In this document: positions 28,435-38,657 of the stretch, piece after piece | How the letters are laid out: each line of letters begins with the position of its first letter | Numbering within the stretch: position 1 is the stretch's first letter | Assembly (NCBI GenBank): GCA_937906875.1 | Contig: CALCHX010000153.1 | Location: 1,229-65,228, forward strand | Direction of reading: 5' to 3' | DNA length: 64,000 bases | Source: an uncultured Gemmatimonadota bacterium | GTDB taxonomy: Bacteria; Gemmatimonadota; Gemmatimonadetes; Gemmatimonadales; Gemmatimonadaceae | Translations under genes and position numbers: made by a program | Notes under the pieces: model-generated | The model's database searches: none | What the model was told of the DNA's origin: nothing | Seen by the model: only the letters and a program-made list of their open reading frames with translations

Positions 28435-31098
28435 TCAGTCGTCGAGAGCGGCCTGCGCTGCCGACAGCCTGGCAACTGGTACCCGGTAGGGAGAGCAGGA
28501 CACATAGTCCAGCCCCGTTCGGTGGCAGAAGGTTATCGAACTCGGCTCCCCTCCGTGCTCGCCGCAGATTCCGACCTTGAGAGAGGAGCGAACGGCCCGT
28601 CCCGCAACCGTGCCCATCGTGATGAGCTGGCCCACGCCTTCCTGATCGAGCACCTGGAAGGGGTCGTTGGGAAATATGCCAAGGTCGATGTATTGAGGCA
28701 GGAAGCGACCCGCGTCATCGCGGCTGAGCCCCAGGGTCGTCTGGGTGAGGTCGTTGGTACCGAAGCTGAAGAAATCGGCCTCGGCGGCTATTGCCCCTGC
28801 CGTAAGTGCGGCTCGGGGCAGCTCTATCATGGTGCCGACCATGTAGGGTACGGCTCCGTTGGCACCGAAGGTCTCGACCGCTACCGCATCCACGATCGTC
28901 CGCTGATTCCGGAATTCCTCGACCGATGCGATGAGTGGGATCATGACTTCGGGGTGAACGGCAATTCCCCGTCGGGATGCGGCGAGGGCGGCCCGGAAGA
29001 TCGCTCGCGCCTGCATCTCGGTGATCTCAGGGAATGTGATCCCGAGCCGGCAGCCGCGATGACCCAACATCGGGTTGGTTTCGCGGAGACCCTCCACGAT
29101 GCGGTTGAGTTCGGCGCGCTGCATACCGAGGGTCCGGGCGAGCAGCTTGGTCTCCTCTCCGCCGTGCGGCAGGAACTCATGAAGCGGCGGGTCCAGGAGC
29201 CGGATGGTGACCGGGAGGCCGTCCATCACCTCGAAAATATCCTCGAAGTCTGCCTGCTGCATCGGGAGAAGCCTGGCCAGAGCACGCCGTCGGCCCGCTT
29301 CGTCCCTGGCGACAATCATCTCACGGACGGCGTGGATCCGGTCTCCCTCGAAGAACATGTGCTCGGTGCGGCACAGCCCGATGCCTTCGGCGCCGAAACC
29401 CCGAGCGATCCGCGCATCGTGTGGTGTGTCGGCGTTGGCCCGGACACCCAGCCGGCGTTCGCGGTCGGCCCAACCGAGCAGGTCGTCGAAGCCGCGAAAT
29501 ACCGGCGCGTCCTCGCGGTCGAGTGTCCCTTCCACCACCCTGACCACCTCGCTGGGATGCGTGGGCAGGTTGCCCAGGTACACCTGTCCGGTGGCGCCGT
29601 CCAGAGTGATCCAGTCGCCCTCCGAGACCGCTGTGTCGCCCACCCGAAACCGGCGGTGCTGGACGTCGATCTCCATCTCACTGGCGCCAACCACGGCGCA
29701 CTTGCCCATCCCACGGGCGACCACGGCGGCGTGGCTGGTCATGCCGCCGCGGGCGGTCAGGATGGCCCGCGCCAGTACCATTCCGTGAAAATCCTCGGGA
29801 GTGGTTTCAGCCCGTACGAGGACGACTGCCTCGCCAGCGTTGGCGCGGCTCTCTGCTACATCGGCGTCGAAGACCGCCTGCCCGCTGGCCGCGCCCGGAC
29901 TCGCCGGAAGGCCGCGACAGATTGGAGTTCCGGCTGCCTCCACGTCCAGCACGGGATGCAGCAGTTGGTCCAGTTGCTCTGGTCTCACCCTACGCAGGGC
30001 GACGAGCTCATCGATCAGCCCCTCGGCCACCATCTCGCGGGCGATCCGCACGGCCGCTGCGGCGGTCCGCTTGCCGGTTCGGGTCTGGAGCAGGTAGAGG
30101 CGCCCGTTCTCGACGGTGAACTCGAGGTCCTGCATGTCGCGGTAGTGCCGCTCCAATCGATCCTGGATCGCCATCAATTCTTCAAAGGCGGCCGGCAGGA
30201 GTCTGGCCATGTCCGCTATCGGAAGCGGTGTCCTGGTTCCGGCCACGACATCCTCGCCCTGGGCATTGACGAGAAACTCACCGTAGAACCTGCGTTCTCC
30301 GGTGGAGGGATTCCGCGTGAATGCGACGCCGGTCCCGGAATCCTCGCCCATATTGCCGAAGACCATGGTGACGACGTTCACCGCGGTGCCCAGCTGATCC
30401 GAGATCCTGTTCACGCGGCGGTAGTCCACGGCCTTCTTGATCGTCCACGAACGCCAGATGGCCTCGATCGCCCCCCACAATTGCTCCTGGGGGTCCATGG
30501 GGAATGGGGCGCCGGTAGTCTTGAGGACGAGGCTCTTGTATTCCTCGACGAGGTTGCGCAGCGATTCCTCATCGAGCTCGGCGTCGCTGCGCGCGCCGGT
30601 GGTGAGCCGCTTGGCGGTGAGCAGATGCTCGAAGTCATCCAGGTTCACGCCGAGAACCACGTCGCCATACATCTGGATGAGGCGGCGGTAGGAATCGTAG
30701 GCAAAACGGGCGTTCCCGCTCTTCCGCGCCAGCCCCAGCACGGTCCGATCGTTCAGGCCGAGGTTGAGGACGGTCTCCATCATGCCAGGCATGCTCACGG
30801 CAGCGCCGGAGCGCACCGAGAGGAGCAGGGGGGCGGCCGCGTCGCCGAGCTTCCTGCCCGAGACTTCCTCCAGGCGGGTCAGGTTCCGGGCGACCTCCTC
30901 GCGGATGTCGTCGGGAATGGCCTGGTTCTCCAGGTAGCGGAGACAGAGCTGGGCGGCGATGGTGAACCCGGGTGGTACCGGCACGCCCAGGTTCGTCATC
31001 TCCGCCAGGTTGGCGCCCTTGCCCCCCAACGTCTCTTTCTGCTCGCGGTTGCCGTCTGCCTTGCCATCACCGAAGAAGAAGACCTGTTGGGATTTCAA
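28435..31098 (-). CDS. ppdK: Pyruvate, phosphate dikinase
   Basis: N-terminus LGGKGANLAEM and phospho-His motif GGMTSHAAVVARGMG; 887 aa. TTG start with a GAGG SD 6 nt upstream. Confidence 0.95.
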   Translation of the reverse strand: MKSQQVFFFGDGKADGNREQKETLGGKGANLAEMTNLGVPVPPGFTIAAQLCLRYLENQAIPDDIREEVARNLTRLEEVSGRKLGDAAAPLLLSVRSGAAVSMPGMMETVLNLGLNDRTVLGLARKSGNARFAYDSYRRLIQMYGDVVLGVNLDDFEHLLTAKRLTTGARSDAELDEESLRNLVEEYKSLVLKTTGAPFPMDPQEQLWGAIEAIWRSWTIKKAVDYRRVNRISDQLGTAVNVVTMVFGNMGEDSGTGVAFTRNPSTGERRFYGEFLVNAQGEDVVAGTRTPLPIADMARLLPAAFEELMAIQDRLERHYRDMQDLEFTVENGRLYLLQTRTGKRTAAAAVRIAREMVAEGLIDELVALRRVRPEQLDQLLHPVLDVEAAGTPICRGLPASPGAASGQAVFDADVAESRANAGEAVVLVRAETTPEDFHGMVLARAILTARGGMTSHAAVVARGMGKCAVVGASEMEIDVQHRRFRVGDTAVSEGDWITLDGATGQVYLGNLPTHPSEVVRVVEGTLDREDAPVFRGFDDLLGWADRERRLGVRANADTPHDARIARGFGAEGIGLCRTEHMFFEGDRIHAVREMIVARDEAGRRRALARLLPMQQADFEDIFEVMDGLPVTIRLLDPPLHEFLPHGGEETKLLARTLGMQRAELNRIVEGLRETNPMLGHRGCRLGITFPEITEMQARAIFRAALAASRRGIAVHPEVMIPLIASVEEFRNQRTIVDAVAVETFGANGAVPYMVGTMIELPRAALTAGAIAAEADFFSFGTNDLTQTTLGLSRDDAGRFLPQYIDLGIFPNDPFQVLDQEGVGQLITMGTVAGRAVRSSLKVGICGEHGGEPSSITFCHRTGLDYVSCSPYRVPVARLSAAQAALDD

Positions 31099-31124
31099 GG
31101 GCGCCTCACGCGCTCAGGGTTTGC

Positions 31125-32510
31125 TCAGCAGCCGCACCCGAACCGGAGTTTGTCCGGGTCTGTGGGAGGCGGCGTGGGATAGTCTCCCGAGAAGCAGGCA
31201 TGACAGAAGCCGCCGGGACCGTCAGGCACTGCACCGAGCATGCCGTCCAGCGACAGGTAGGCCAGCGAGTCGACACCGATGATCCGCGCTATGCCTTCGG
31301 TGTCCTCGTGCGCGGCAATCAACTCCTCGCGGTTGGGAGTGTCGATGCCGTAATAGCACGGCCCGGTCACCGGCGGCGAGGAGACGCGAATGTGGACCTC
31401 CCGCGCCCCCGCCGCACGAATCATGGCCACCAGTCCGCGGGTCGTGGTACCGCGCACTATCGAGTCATCCACCATGACGACGCTCATTCCCTCGAGCACC
31501 TCGCGCACCGCGTTGTACTTGATCTTGACCTTGGCGTTCCTTCCGCCCTGGGTGGGTTGGATGAAGGTGCGTCCGATGTAGTGGTTGCGAATGAGCGCCA
31601 GTTCGTACGACAGGCCTGAGACTTCGGCATATCCGAGGGCCGCCGAGTTGGACGAGTCGGGGACGCTGAAGACGAGGTCGGCGCCGGGCGCCGGTGCCTC
31701 GAGCGCCAGACGGCGGCCAAGACTGCGACGGGCGCGATCCACCGAGCCGCCGAAGATACGGCTATCCGGTCGGGCGAAGTAGACGTACTCGAAGACGCAG
31801 CGGCGTGAGTCCATCCGCTCCCCGAAGCGGCTCGAGTGTATGCCGTCGCCGTCGATGCGGAGGATCTCGCCAGGTTCGACGTCGCGCTCGTAGGCTGCGC
31901 CCACTATGTCCAGCGCGCAGGTCTCCGAGGCCACCACGGGTGCCCCGTCCGGCATCCGGCCCAGCGCCAGCGGTCGCCAGCCGCGCGAGTCGCGAGCGGC
32001 AAGGAGAACGTCGTCGATGAGGACCAGCACACAGAAGGCGCCTTCAACCCCCTGGAGGGCGTCGGCCATCTTGTCCTCGAGACGATCGGCGCGGGAGCGG
32101 GCCAACCGGTGCACGAGTACCTCGGAGTCCATTGTGGAGCCAAAGATCGCTCCATCGGCCTCCAGTTCACGCCTGAGCTCGGTAGCGTTCGTGATGTTGC
32201 CGTTATGCGCGAGCGAGATGTGTCCGCCGCGGTAACGGGCCAGCACCGGTTGCGCGTTCTCGATGGTGGATGAGCCGGAAGTGCTGTAGCGGGTATGCCC
32301 TATTGCCACGTGACCCGAGAGTGGCGCCAGCTCGGCGGCGCCGAATCCCTCGGACACGAGCCCCAGGGTGCGTGCGGCGTGGGCCGCCCCGCTCTCGTCG
32401 ACGGCAACGATACCGGCCGACTCCTGTCCACGATGCTGCAACGAGTAGAGTCCCAGATGGACGAGCGAAGCGGCGTCAGGCGCGCCTCGAACGCCGAATA
32501 TGCCACACAT
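31125..32510 (-). CDS. purF: Amidophosphoribosyltransferase
   Basis: N-terminal nucleophile MCGIFGV and the PRTase motif VVMVDDSIVRGTT. Confidence 0.95.
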   Translation of the reverse strand: MCGIFGVRGAPDAASLVHLGLYSLQHRGQESAGIVAVDESGAAHAARTLGLVSEGFGAAELAPLSGHVAIGHTRYSTSGSSTIENAQPVLARYRGGHISLAHNGNITNATELRRELEADGAIFGSTMDSEVLVHRLARSRADRLEDKMADALQGVEGAFCVLVLIDDVLLAARDSRGWRPLALGRMPDGAPVVASETCALDIVGAAYERDVEPGEILRIDGDGIHSSRFGERMDSRRCVFEYVYFARPDSRIFGGSVDRARRSLGRRLALEAPAPGADLVFSVPDSSNSAALGYAEVSGLSYELALIRNHYIGRTFIQPTQGGRNAKVKIKYNAVREVLEGMSVVMVDDSIVRGTTTRGLVAMIRAAGAREVHIRVSSPPVTGPCYYGIDTPNREELIAAHEDTEGIARIIGVDSLAYLSLDGMLGAVPDGPGGFCHACFSGDYPTPPPTDPDKLRFGCGC

Positions 32511-32531
32511 TGGGTCCTTGTATATGCAGGT

Positions 32532-34829
32532 TCAGGCGCCGGTAGCCACCGGCTGCGCTGTGGGCGGTTGTGCGGAGCGATCCATCACCGACGGGATGGC
32601 TCCGTGGTAGGCCGCGGCGAGATCGGAGAGCGGCGCGACAAACCGTCTGTTGCCCGCGCTCACGCTGAGCGGAGCATCAGGGCCATCGACGGTTCCTATC
32701 ACTCGCGCCGGCACCGAATGTCGTGCTGCTGCTGCGAGCACTGCGTCAGCGTCGGCGGTGGAGACGATGATCCGACCCTGCGCCTCACCAAAGAGCAGCG
32801 CGCGCCAGGAGAGGTCGCTCCATGCTCCAAGGTCGATCGTGGCGCCGTGAGGCCGCTCCCGATCGGCCATCGCACACTCGGCGAGCGCCACTGCCAGGCC
32901 GCCGTCGCTACAGTCGTGCGCCGAGGTCACCGAGCCGCTTCCGATCGCCTCCAGCAAGGCCTCCACGAGAGCCCGTTCGGCCTCCAGGTCACAGGCCGGT
33001 GGCGCGCCGGCCACGACGCCGTGGATCCACGCGAGATACTCGCTGCCGCCCAGTTCGTCGGTAGGGTCGCCGAGGAGAACCACGGTATCGCCGGTGCGCT
33101 GGAAACCGCTGGGCGTCACGTATGAGACATCGTCAATCAGGCCGACCATGCCGACCACGGGCGTGGGGTACACCGCACCGGTGGGGCTCTCGTTGTAGAA
33201 CGAGACATTGCCGCCTGTGACCGGTGTCTGGAGCACGGTGCAGGCTTCGCCCATGCCGGCCACGGCCTCGCGGAACTGGTAGAACACCGACGGACGCTTC
33301 GGATTGCCGAAGTTCAGGCAATTGGTGATGGCCATCGGTCGGGCACCACTGCAGGCGACGTTCCGAGCCGATTCGGCGACGGCTATACGGCCGCCAACTC
33401 GCGGATCCAGGTGCACATAACGACCATTGCCGTCGGTGGACAGTGAGATCGCCTTCCGGGTGTCGCGCAACCGGATCACCGCGGCGTCGCCACCTGGTCC
33501 GACGACGGTACTCGTTCCCACCGTCGTGTCATACTGCCGGTAGACCCACTCCTTGCTGGCAATCGTGGGGGAAGAGAGAAGTCGCGCCAGGGTCCAGGCC
33601 GGATCGCTCTCCTCCGCGCGAGGCGGGATTGCGTGGACATCGCGCTCGCGCAACCCGGCAATGGCCGGATCCTCGGCCGCCTCAGGGTAGTACACGGGGC
33701 AGTCGGTCACGAGGCGGGAGCCGGGAAACTCGGCCACCACCCGCTCGCCCTCCATGACGCGATAGACCGGTTCGGCGATCACCTCGCCAACCACTTCGGC
33801 CGCCAGGTCCCACCGCGTGAGGATCTCGCGCACCTGCTCCTCACGGCCACGGATGGCGACGACGAGCATCCGCTCCTGTGACTCGCTGAGGAGAATCTCG
33901 TAAGGAGTCATCCCCTCTTCCCGGACCGGCACGCGAGAGGTATCGATGACGATTCCCACATCTCCACGCGCCGCCATCTCAGCGGACGAGGACGTGAGGC
34001 CGGCAGCACCCATGTCCTGGATGGCGACGATGTGTCCGCTGTTGATCAACTCCAGGCTCGCCTCCAGGAGGAGCTTCCCGGTGAACGGATCGCCCACCTG
34101 CACGCGCGGTCGTTTGGCCTCGCTGGCCTCGGTGAGGTCTTCCGAGGCGAAGGATGCGCCATGGATGCCGTCGCGTCCCGTGCGGGCTCCCACGGCGAGG
34201 ATCGGGTTACCGATCCCCTGCGCCTCCGCCCGAATGAGTTCGTCCTCACGGAGAAGACCGACGCACATGGCGTTGACGAGCGGATTGCCCTCGTAAGCCG
34301 GATCGAAGACCACCTCACCGCCGACCGTCGGCACGCCCATGCAATTGCCGTAGTCCCCGATTCCCTTGACCGCACCGGCGAACAGGTAACGCACGCGAGG
34401 TGAGTCCAGTGCGCCGAAGCGGAGCGAATTGAGGAGCGCGATCGGGCGCGCACCCATCGTGAACACGTCACGCAGGATTCCGCCCACGCCGGTCGCCGCG
34501 CCCTGGTACGGCTCGACGGCTGTCGGATGGTTATGCGATTCGATCTTGAACGCCACCGCCCAACCGTCGCCCACGCTTATCACGCCAGCATTCTCACCTG
34601 GTCCCTGGAGTACCCAGGGCGCCCTGGTCGGGAGCGTCTTGAGGACGGGGCGTGAATGCTTGTACGAGCAGTGCTCGTTCCACAGCGCGCTGACGATCCC
34701 CAGCTCGGTGAAGGTCGGTTCCCGACCCAGAAGAGTCAGGAGGCGATCGTATTCATCTGCGGTGAGGCCATGCTCGGCGACCAGTGCCGGTGTGATGGCC
34801 GGGTCGCCGGGGCGGGGCACGACTGACAC
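32532..34829 (-). CDS. purL: Phosphoribosylformylglycinamidine synthase subunit PurL
   Basis: 765-aa small-type PurL ([21 protein letters not shown]). Its GTG overlaps the stop of the Zn-ribbon gene by 1 nt. Confidence 0.95.
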   Translation of the reverse strand: MSVVPRPGDPAITPALVAEHGLTADEYDRLLTLLGREPTFTELGIVSALWNEHCSYKHSRPVLKTLPTRAPWVLQGPGENAGVISVGDGWAVAFKIESHNHPTAVEPYQGAATGVGGILRDVFTMGARPIALLNSLRFGALDSPRVRYLFAGAVKGIGDYGNCMGVPTVGGEVVFDPAYEGNPLVNAMCVGLLREDELIRAEAQGIGNPILAVGARTGRDGIHGASFASEDLTEASEAKRPRVQVGDPFTGKLLLEASLELINSGHIVAIQDMGAAGLTSSSAEMAARGDVGIVIDTSRVPVREEGMTPYEILLSESQERMLVVAIRGREEQVREILTRWDLAAEVVGEVIAEPVYRVMEGERVVAEFPGSRLVTDCPVYYPEAAEDPAIAGLRERDVHAIPPRAEESDPAWTLARLLSSPTIASKEWVYRQYDTTVGTSTVVGPGGDAAVIRLRDTRKAISLSTDGNGRYVHLDPRVGGRIAVAESARNVACSGARPMAITNCLNFGNPKRPSVFYQFREAVAGMGEACTVLQTPVTGGNVSFYNESPTGAVYPTPVVGMVGLIDDVSYVTPSGFQRTGDTVVLLGDPTDELGGSEYLAWIHGVVAGAPPACDLEAERALVEALLEAIGSGSVTSAHDCSDGGLAVALAECAMADRERPHGATIDLGAWSDLSWRALLFGEAQGRIIVSTADADAVLAAAARHSVPARVIGTVDGPDAPLSVSAGNRRFVAPLSDLAAAYHGAIPSVMDRSAQPPTAQPVATGA

Positions 34830-35137
34830 TAGCGCTCCACGCCGAAGAGGTCGTCGACGAAGCGCGCCACGCCCGAGCGGCGTGCGTCGCGCACCAGGTC
34901 CAGTTCGCCGGCGTCCAGCCAGACCCCGCCACAGTTGGTGCAGACATCCACCTTGACCTGGTGCATGGTGCGTTCGGCCAACTCACTGCTGCACTTGGGG
35001 CACTTCATGAAACAGGCAGCGCGCTCGGCGGCTTCGCGGGCGGCGTCCAGTTCCAGGCGACGCTGCTTCATCAACTCCGCATCCAGCCTCACGAAGTACT
35101 CGTCCTCGTTCCTGCTTGGCTTCTCGTCGTTTGCCAT
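34829..35137 (-). CDS. Small TFIIB-type zinc-ribbon protein (function unknown)
   Basis: 102 aa. It has a charged helical N-terminus and then CPKCSSEL...[18 protein letters not shown] (CxxC...CxxC). A GGAGA SD lies 8 nt upstream of the ATG. It is the C-terminal part of the chimeric track ORF 34829..36085. Confidence 0.7.
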   Translation of the reverse strand: MANDEKPSRNEDEYFVRLDAELMKQRRLELDAAREAAERAACFMKCPKCSSELAERTMHQVKVDVCTNCGGVWLDAGELDLVRDARRSGVARFVDDLFGVER

Positions 35138-35187
35138 GCTGATGATCTCCGTCGCGGCCGGCGGATTGTCAGTGAGTCGGGTGAGCG

Positions 35188-35880
35188 TCAGGCGTTGACG
35201 CGGTCCAGAAGGCCCTGGAAGAGGGCCAGTCCATCTGTGGAGCCGAGAAGCGGGTCTACCGCGCGCTCGGGATGCGGCATCATGCCCAGCACGTTGCCGC
35301 CGGCGTTGATGATGCCGGCAATGTTGCGTGCCGATCCATTCGGGTTGCCTGATTCGGTCGGATCGCCATTCTCGTCCACATACCTGAAGATAACATGCCC
35401 CTCGCCTTCCAGGCGCTCCAGGACGTCCTCGTCGGCCACGTACCGTCCTTCGCCGTGGGCGATCGGGATGTCGAGGAGCTGGGCGACGCGATAGCGATGA
35501 CTGAAGATGGAACTCGCGTTCTCCACCCGCAGTCGTACACGCCTGGAGACGAACCGGAGAGTATCGTTGCGCATCAGCGCACCGGGAAGAAGTCCGGCCT
35601 CGCAAGCTATCTGGAAGCCGTTGCATATGCCGAGGACAATGCCACCGCGCTCGGCGTGAGCAGTGACCTCGCGCATGATCGGGCTGAAACGCGCGATGGC
35701 TCCGGCGCGCAGGTAGTCGCCGTAGCTGAACCCGCCGGGGAGGACGACGATGTCGACCCCTTCCAGGTCGTGGGATTTGTGCCAGAGTCGCACAGCCTGC
35801 TCGCCCAGCGTCTCGGCGACGGCGTGGTAGGCATCGGCGTCGCAGTTGGACCCCGGAAATGTGACGATTCCGAACTTCAT
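35188..35880 (-). CDS. purQ: Phosphoribosylformylglycinamidine synthase glutaminase subunit PurQ
   Basis: Starts MKFGIVTFPGSNCD; GFSYGDYL; catalytic Cys in LGICNGFQ. Confidence 0.92.
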   Translation of the reverse strand: MKFGIVTFPGSNCDADAYHAVAETLGEQAVRLWHKSHDLEGVDIVVLPGGFSYGDYLRAGAIARFSPIMREVTAHAERGGIVLGICNGFQIACEAGLLPGALMRNDTLRFVSRRVRLRVENASSIFSHRYRVAQLLDIPIAHGEGRYVADEDVLERLEGEGHVIFRYVDENGDPTESGNPNGSARNIAGIINAGGNVLGMMPHPERAVDPLLGSTDGLALFQGLLDRVNA

Positions 35881-35885
35881 GCGGC

Positions 35886-36161
35886 TCACGAGGTAGCGCC
35901 GGCCGCGAGCGGCCTGGCGTTCTCCAGCTCGAAGTCCTCGGTGACGGGGTTGGCGAGCAGTTGCTCGCACATCCGCCGGACATCCGCTTCCGCAGCTTCG
36001 GCGTTGTCAGCGCGCAGGGACACGACGATGTAGCGACCAACACGCACGTCCTGGACGCCGGCGAAATCCAACGAATGCAGGGCATCGGCGACGGCCTTGC
36101 CCTGCGGATCGAGCAGGCCGCGGCGCGGCACGATACGGACAGCGACAGTGAAACTGGTCAT
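35886..36161 (-). CDS. purS: Phosphoribosylformylglycinamidine synthase subunit PurS
   Basis: 91 aa (VRIVPRRGLLDPQGKAVADAL), directly upstream of purQ. Confidence 0.88.
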   Translation of the reverse strand: MTSFTVAVRIVPRRGLLDPQGKAVADALHSLDFAGVQDVRVGRYIVVSLRADNAEAAEADVRRMCEQLLANPVTEDFELENARPLAAGATS

Positions 36162-37084
36162 GACGAGGAATCCTCGGGGGGAATATCTCTGGTGGCGGGA
36201 CTGCGTCGGCGCTTCCGGCGCCGCCGGCGCGGCGCATCTTCGGTGCCTTGCTGTGGACGGCTTCGCGGTTCCGGATCGCCCAGTGGAACCGAACGAATGC
36301 CACCCACGTCGTCCTCCTCCTCCATCAACACGTCATCCCCGGATTCCTGCTCCATGACTCCGACGATGAAGTACTTGATGACTCCGTAGGCGACGTAGCT
36401 GAGGAGTACGGGGAAGAAGAAGTGAGTAGGCAGGAAGATCAATCCGAGCACCGCGCCGAGGATGATCAACGCGCCCAACCTGCCGCGATTCGAGCGGAAG
36501 TTCACCGTCGGTACAGCGGGATACGGCACGTCGCTGATCATGAGCAAGCCCAGAAGCGCCATGACGAATCGGAGCACGACGTGCCAGGGCAGGTCACCTA
36601 TCGCCGTCTCGGTATACCACGGCGTCTGGCTGAACATGTAATACGTGGCCAGCGTGAGTCCGGCCGCCGGAGTGGGCAGACCGTGGAAGTGCGTCTTCTT
36701 GGTTCCCGCCTGCTCCACGTTGAATCGCGCCAGCCTGATCACGGCGCAGGCGGCGAAGAGGAATACCCAGATCCAGTCCCAGCCGCCGCGATTGAGCACG
36801 GCGAAGTACATGATCAACCCGGGAGCCAGGCCGAACGAAATCGCGTCCACGAGCGAGTCGAGTTCCTCGCCGAAACGGCTGCCGGTATGTGTGGCCCTGG
36901 CTATCCGTCCGTCCAGCGCGTCCCACACACCGCCCAGCACGACGTACCATCCGGCCTGGAAGAGGTCGCCTCGCGAGGCTGCAACGATGGCGTAGACGCC
37001 GAAGAACAGGTTGCCCAGCGTGAATGCGTTCGGCAGGACCACGATCGCCCGACGAACGTCGCGGTTTCCCCGATCCGGGCTCAC
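36158..37084 (-). CDS. pssA: CDP-diacylglycerol--serine O-phosphatidyltransferase
   Basis: CDP-alcohol phosphatidyltransferase signature DALDGRIAR...FGEELDSLVD in a polytopic protein. The C-terminal ~65 aa are highly charged (EEEDD...RRRRRKRRR). Confidence 0.88.
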   Translation of the reverse strand: MSPDRGNRDVRRAIVVLPNAFTLGNLFFGVYAIVAASRGDLFQAGWYVVLGGVWDALDGRIARATHTGSRFGEELDSLVDAISFGLAPGLIMYFAVLNRGGWDWIWVFLFAACAVIRLARFNVEQAGTKKTHFHGLPTPAAGLTLATYYMFSQTPWYTETAIGDLPWHVVLRFVMALLGLLMISDVPYPAVPTVNFRSNRGRLGALIILGAVLGLIFLPTHFFFPVLLSYVAYGVIKYFIVGVMEQESGDDVLMEEEDDVGGIRSVPLGDPEPRSRPQQGTEDAPRRRRRKRRRSPATRDIPPEDSSS

Positions 37085-37737
37085 GGTGCCGCGGGAAGTT
37101 CGGCCATCACCGTCTCACCGGCCACTACTGAATCGCCCACACGAACCCTGAGTGAGCTGCCAGAGGGCACGAACACGTCCAGCCGTGAACCGAATTGCAT
37201 GAGCCCCATCCGCGCACCCTGTTCCACCGATTCGCCCTCGCGGCTGTAGGTCACGAGTCGCCGGGCTATGAGTCCGGCTATCTGGCGGACGAGAACTGTC
37301 TGACTTCCCGTATTTATCCCGACCGACATCTGTTCGTTCTCCATGCTAGCCCGGGGATTCCTGGCGTCGAAGAACCGTCCAGGTGAATACTGGACATATT
37401 CCACGACACCGCCCACAGGATAGCGGTTGACATGGACGTTGAAGATGTTGAGGAAGGTCGATATGCGCAGGGCGGGGCCGTGGATGTACGTCGGTTCGTC
37501 CACTTCCGTGATCATGACCACCTTCCCATCGGCGCCCGCTATCACCAGGTTCTGGCCGCGCTCACCCGTTCGTTCCGGGTCGCGGAAGAAATAGGCGACC
37601 CATAACGCGACCACCGTGAGGACGACCGCCAGCAGCCAGAGTGGCCACGAGCCCCTCTTCACGGCGCCGGCAAATGCAGCGGCGGCGAGCAGGGCCGCAA
37701 CGGAGATCAGCAACGTCCCTTCTCGCGCGAAGTTCAT
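37081..37737 (-). CDS. psd: Phosphatidylserine decarboxylase proenzyme (short type)
   Basis: 218 aa with an N-terminal TM anchor and the Gly-Ser self-cleavage motif in [11 protein letters not shown]. 4-nt overlaps on both sides. Confidence 0.85.
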   Translation of the reverse strand: MNFAREGTLLISVAALLAAAAFAGAVKRGSWPLWLLAVVLTVVALWVAYFFRDPERTGERGQNLVIAGADGKVVMITEVDEPTYIHGPALRISTFLNIFNVHVNRYPVGGVVEYVQYSPGRFFDARNPRASMENEQMSVGINTGSQTVLVRQIAGLIARRLVTYSREGESVEQGARMGLMQFGSRLDVFVPSGSSLRVRVGDSVVAGETVMAELPAAP

Positions 37738-38657
37738 GTCGGATGCGGCTTGAGGAGATCGGAGCCAGTCAGACGGCGGAAGACATCGAGGTAGCGAGCA
37801 CTGGTCGAGGCAACCACATCATCTGGCAGGGCAGGGGCTGGTGCGTTGCCGTCCCAACGTCCGGCGGCTCGCTGGACGTCGAGCCAGTCGCGCAGTGGCT
37901 GCTTGTCGAAGCTGGGCTGCGGTGCGCCCGGCGCATAGCCCTCCACTGGCCAGAAACGTGAGCTGTCCGGAGTGAGCACCTCATCCACCAGCAGAAGCTC
38001 GCCCCCGCTCCGGCCAAACTCGAACTTGGTGTCGGCTATGATGATACCGCGCCGCCTGGCGATCTCATGGCCGCGCTCGTAGACCAGGCGGGCAAAACGT
38101 TCCAGCCGGGCTGTCTCCTCCGCGCCCAGGATCTCGATCATCCGGCTGACAGGGATATTCTCGTCGTGGCCGGTCACAGCCTTCGTCGCCGGGCTGAATA
38201 TGGGCGGATCGAGCCGATCACTTTCCCTCAGTCCGGGCGGCAGAGGTTCTCCGGCAAGGGTGCCGTGTGCCCTGTATTCCTTCCAGGCAGAGCCAGCAAT
38301 ATAGCCCCTGACCACGCATTCGATGGGTACCACCGCGGCCCGGCGGCAGAGCATCGCACGGCCCTCCAGCGCTTCCTGGTGACCGCTCAGAACCGGAACG
38401 GCAGCGATGATCTTCCGGGCATCGGCGGTGATCATGTGGTGCGGGATCTCACCTTCCAACTGACGCAGCCACCACGCCGTCAACTGGGTCAGCACGGCGC
38501 CCTTGTACGGAACAGGCTCTGTGCAGACGACATCGAAGGCGCTCACGCGGTCGGTGGCCAGCAGCAGGATCCGCTCACTGTCCACCGCATAGACGTCACG
38601 GACCTTCCCTCGATTCAGGATGGGGAGTGGTAGCGAGCTGTCGACGACCGTTCTCAT
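37734..38657 (-). CDS. purC: Phosphoribosylaminoimidazole-succinocarboxamide (SAICAR) synthase
   Basis: 307-aa long-form PurC ([23 protein letters not shown]). Confidence 0.93.
   Translation of the reverse strand: MRTVVDSSLPLPILNRGKVRDVYAVDSERILLLATDRVSAFDVVCTEPVPYKGAVLTQLTAWWLRQLEGEIPHHMITADARKIIAAVPVLSGHQEALEGRAMLCRRAAVVPIECVVRGYIAGSAWKEYRAHGTLAGEPLPPGLRESDRLDPPIFSPATKAVTGHDENIPVSRMIEILGAEETARLERFARLVYERGHEIARRRGIIIADTKFEFGRSGGELLLVDEVLTPDSSRFWPVEGYAPGAPQPSFDKQPLRDWLDVQRAAGRWDGNAPAPALPDDVVASTSARYLDVFRRLTGSDLLKPHPT

Noticed and set aside
28522-31182. An 886-aa plus-strand ORF spanning the entire ppdK locus.
   Set aside because: It lies exactly antisense to a very well supported ppdK gene. 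Its translation is Arg/Gly/His/Pro-rich with no recognisable motif. Long stop-free antisense frames are expected in GC-rich DNA because stop codons are AT-rich.
34829-36085. A single 418-aa minus-strand ORF across the purS/purQ/Zn-ribbon region.
   Set aside because: It is a chimeric read-through frame. Only its last 102 codons (the Zn-ribbon protein) look real. The rest runs out of frame over purQ and purS, which have clear motifs in their own frames.
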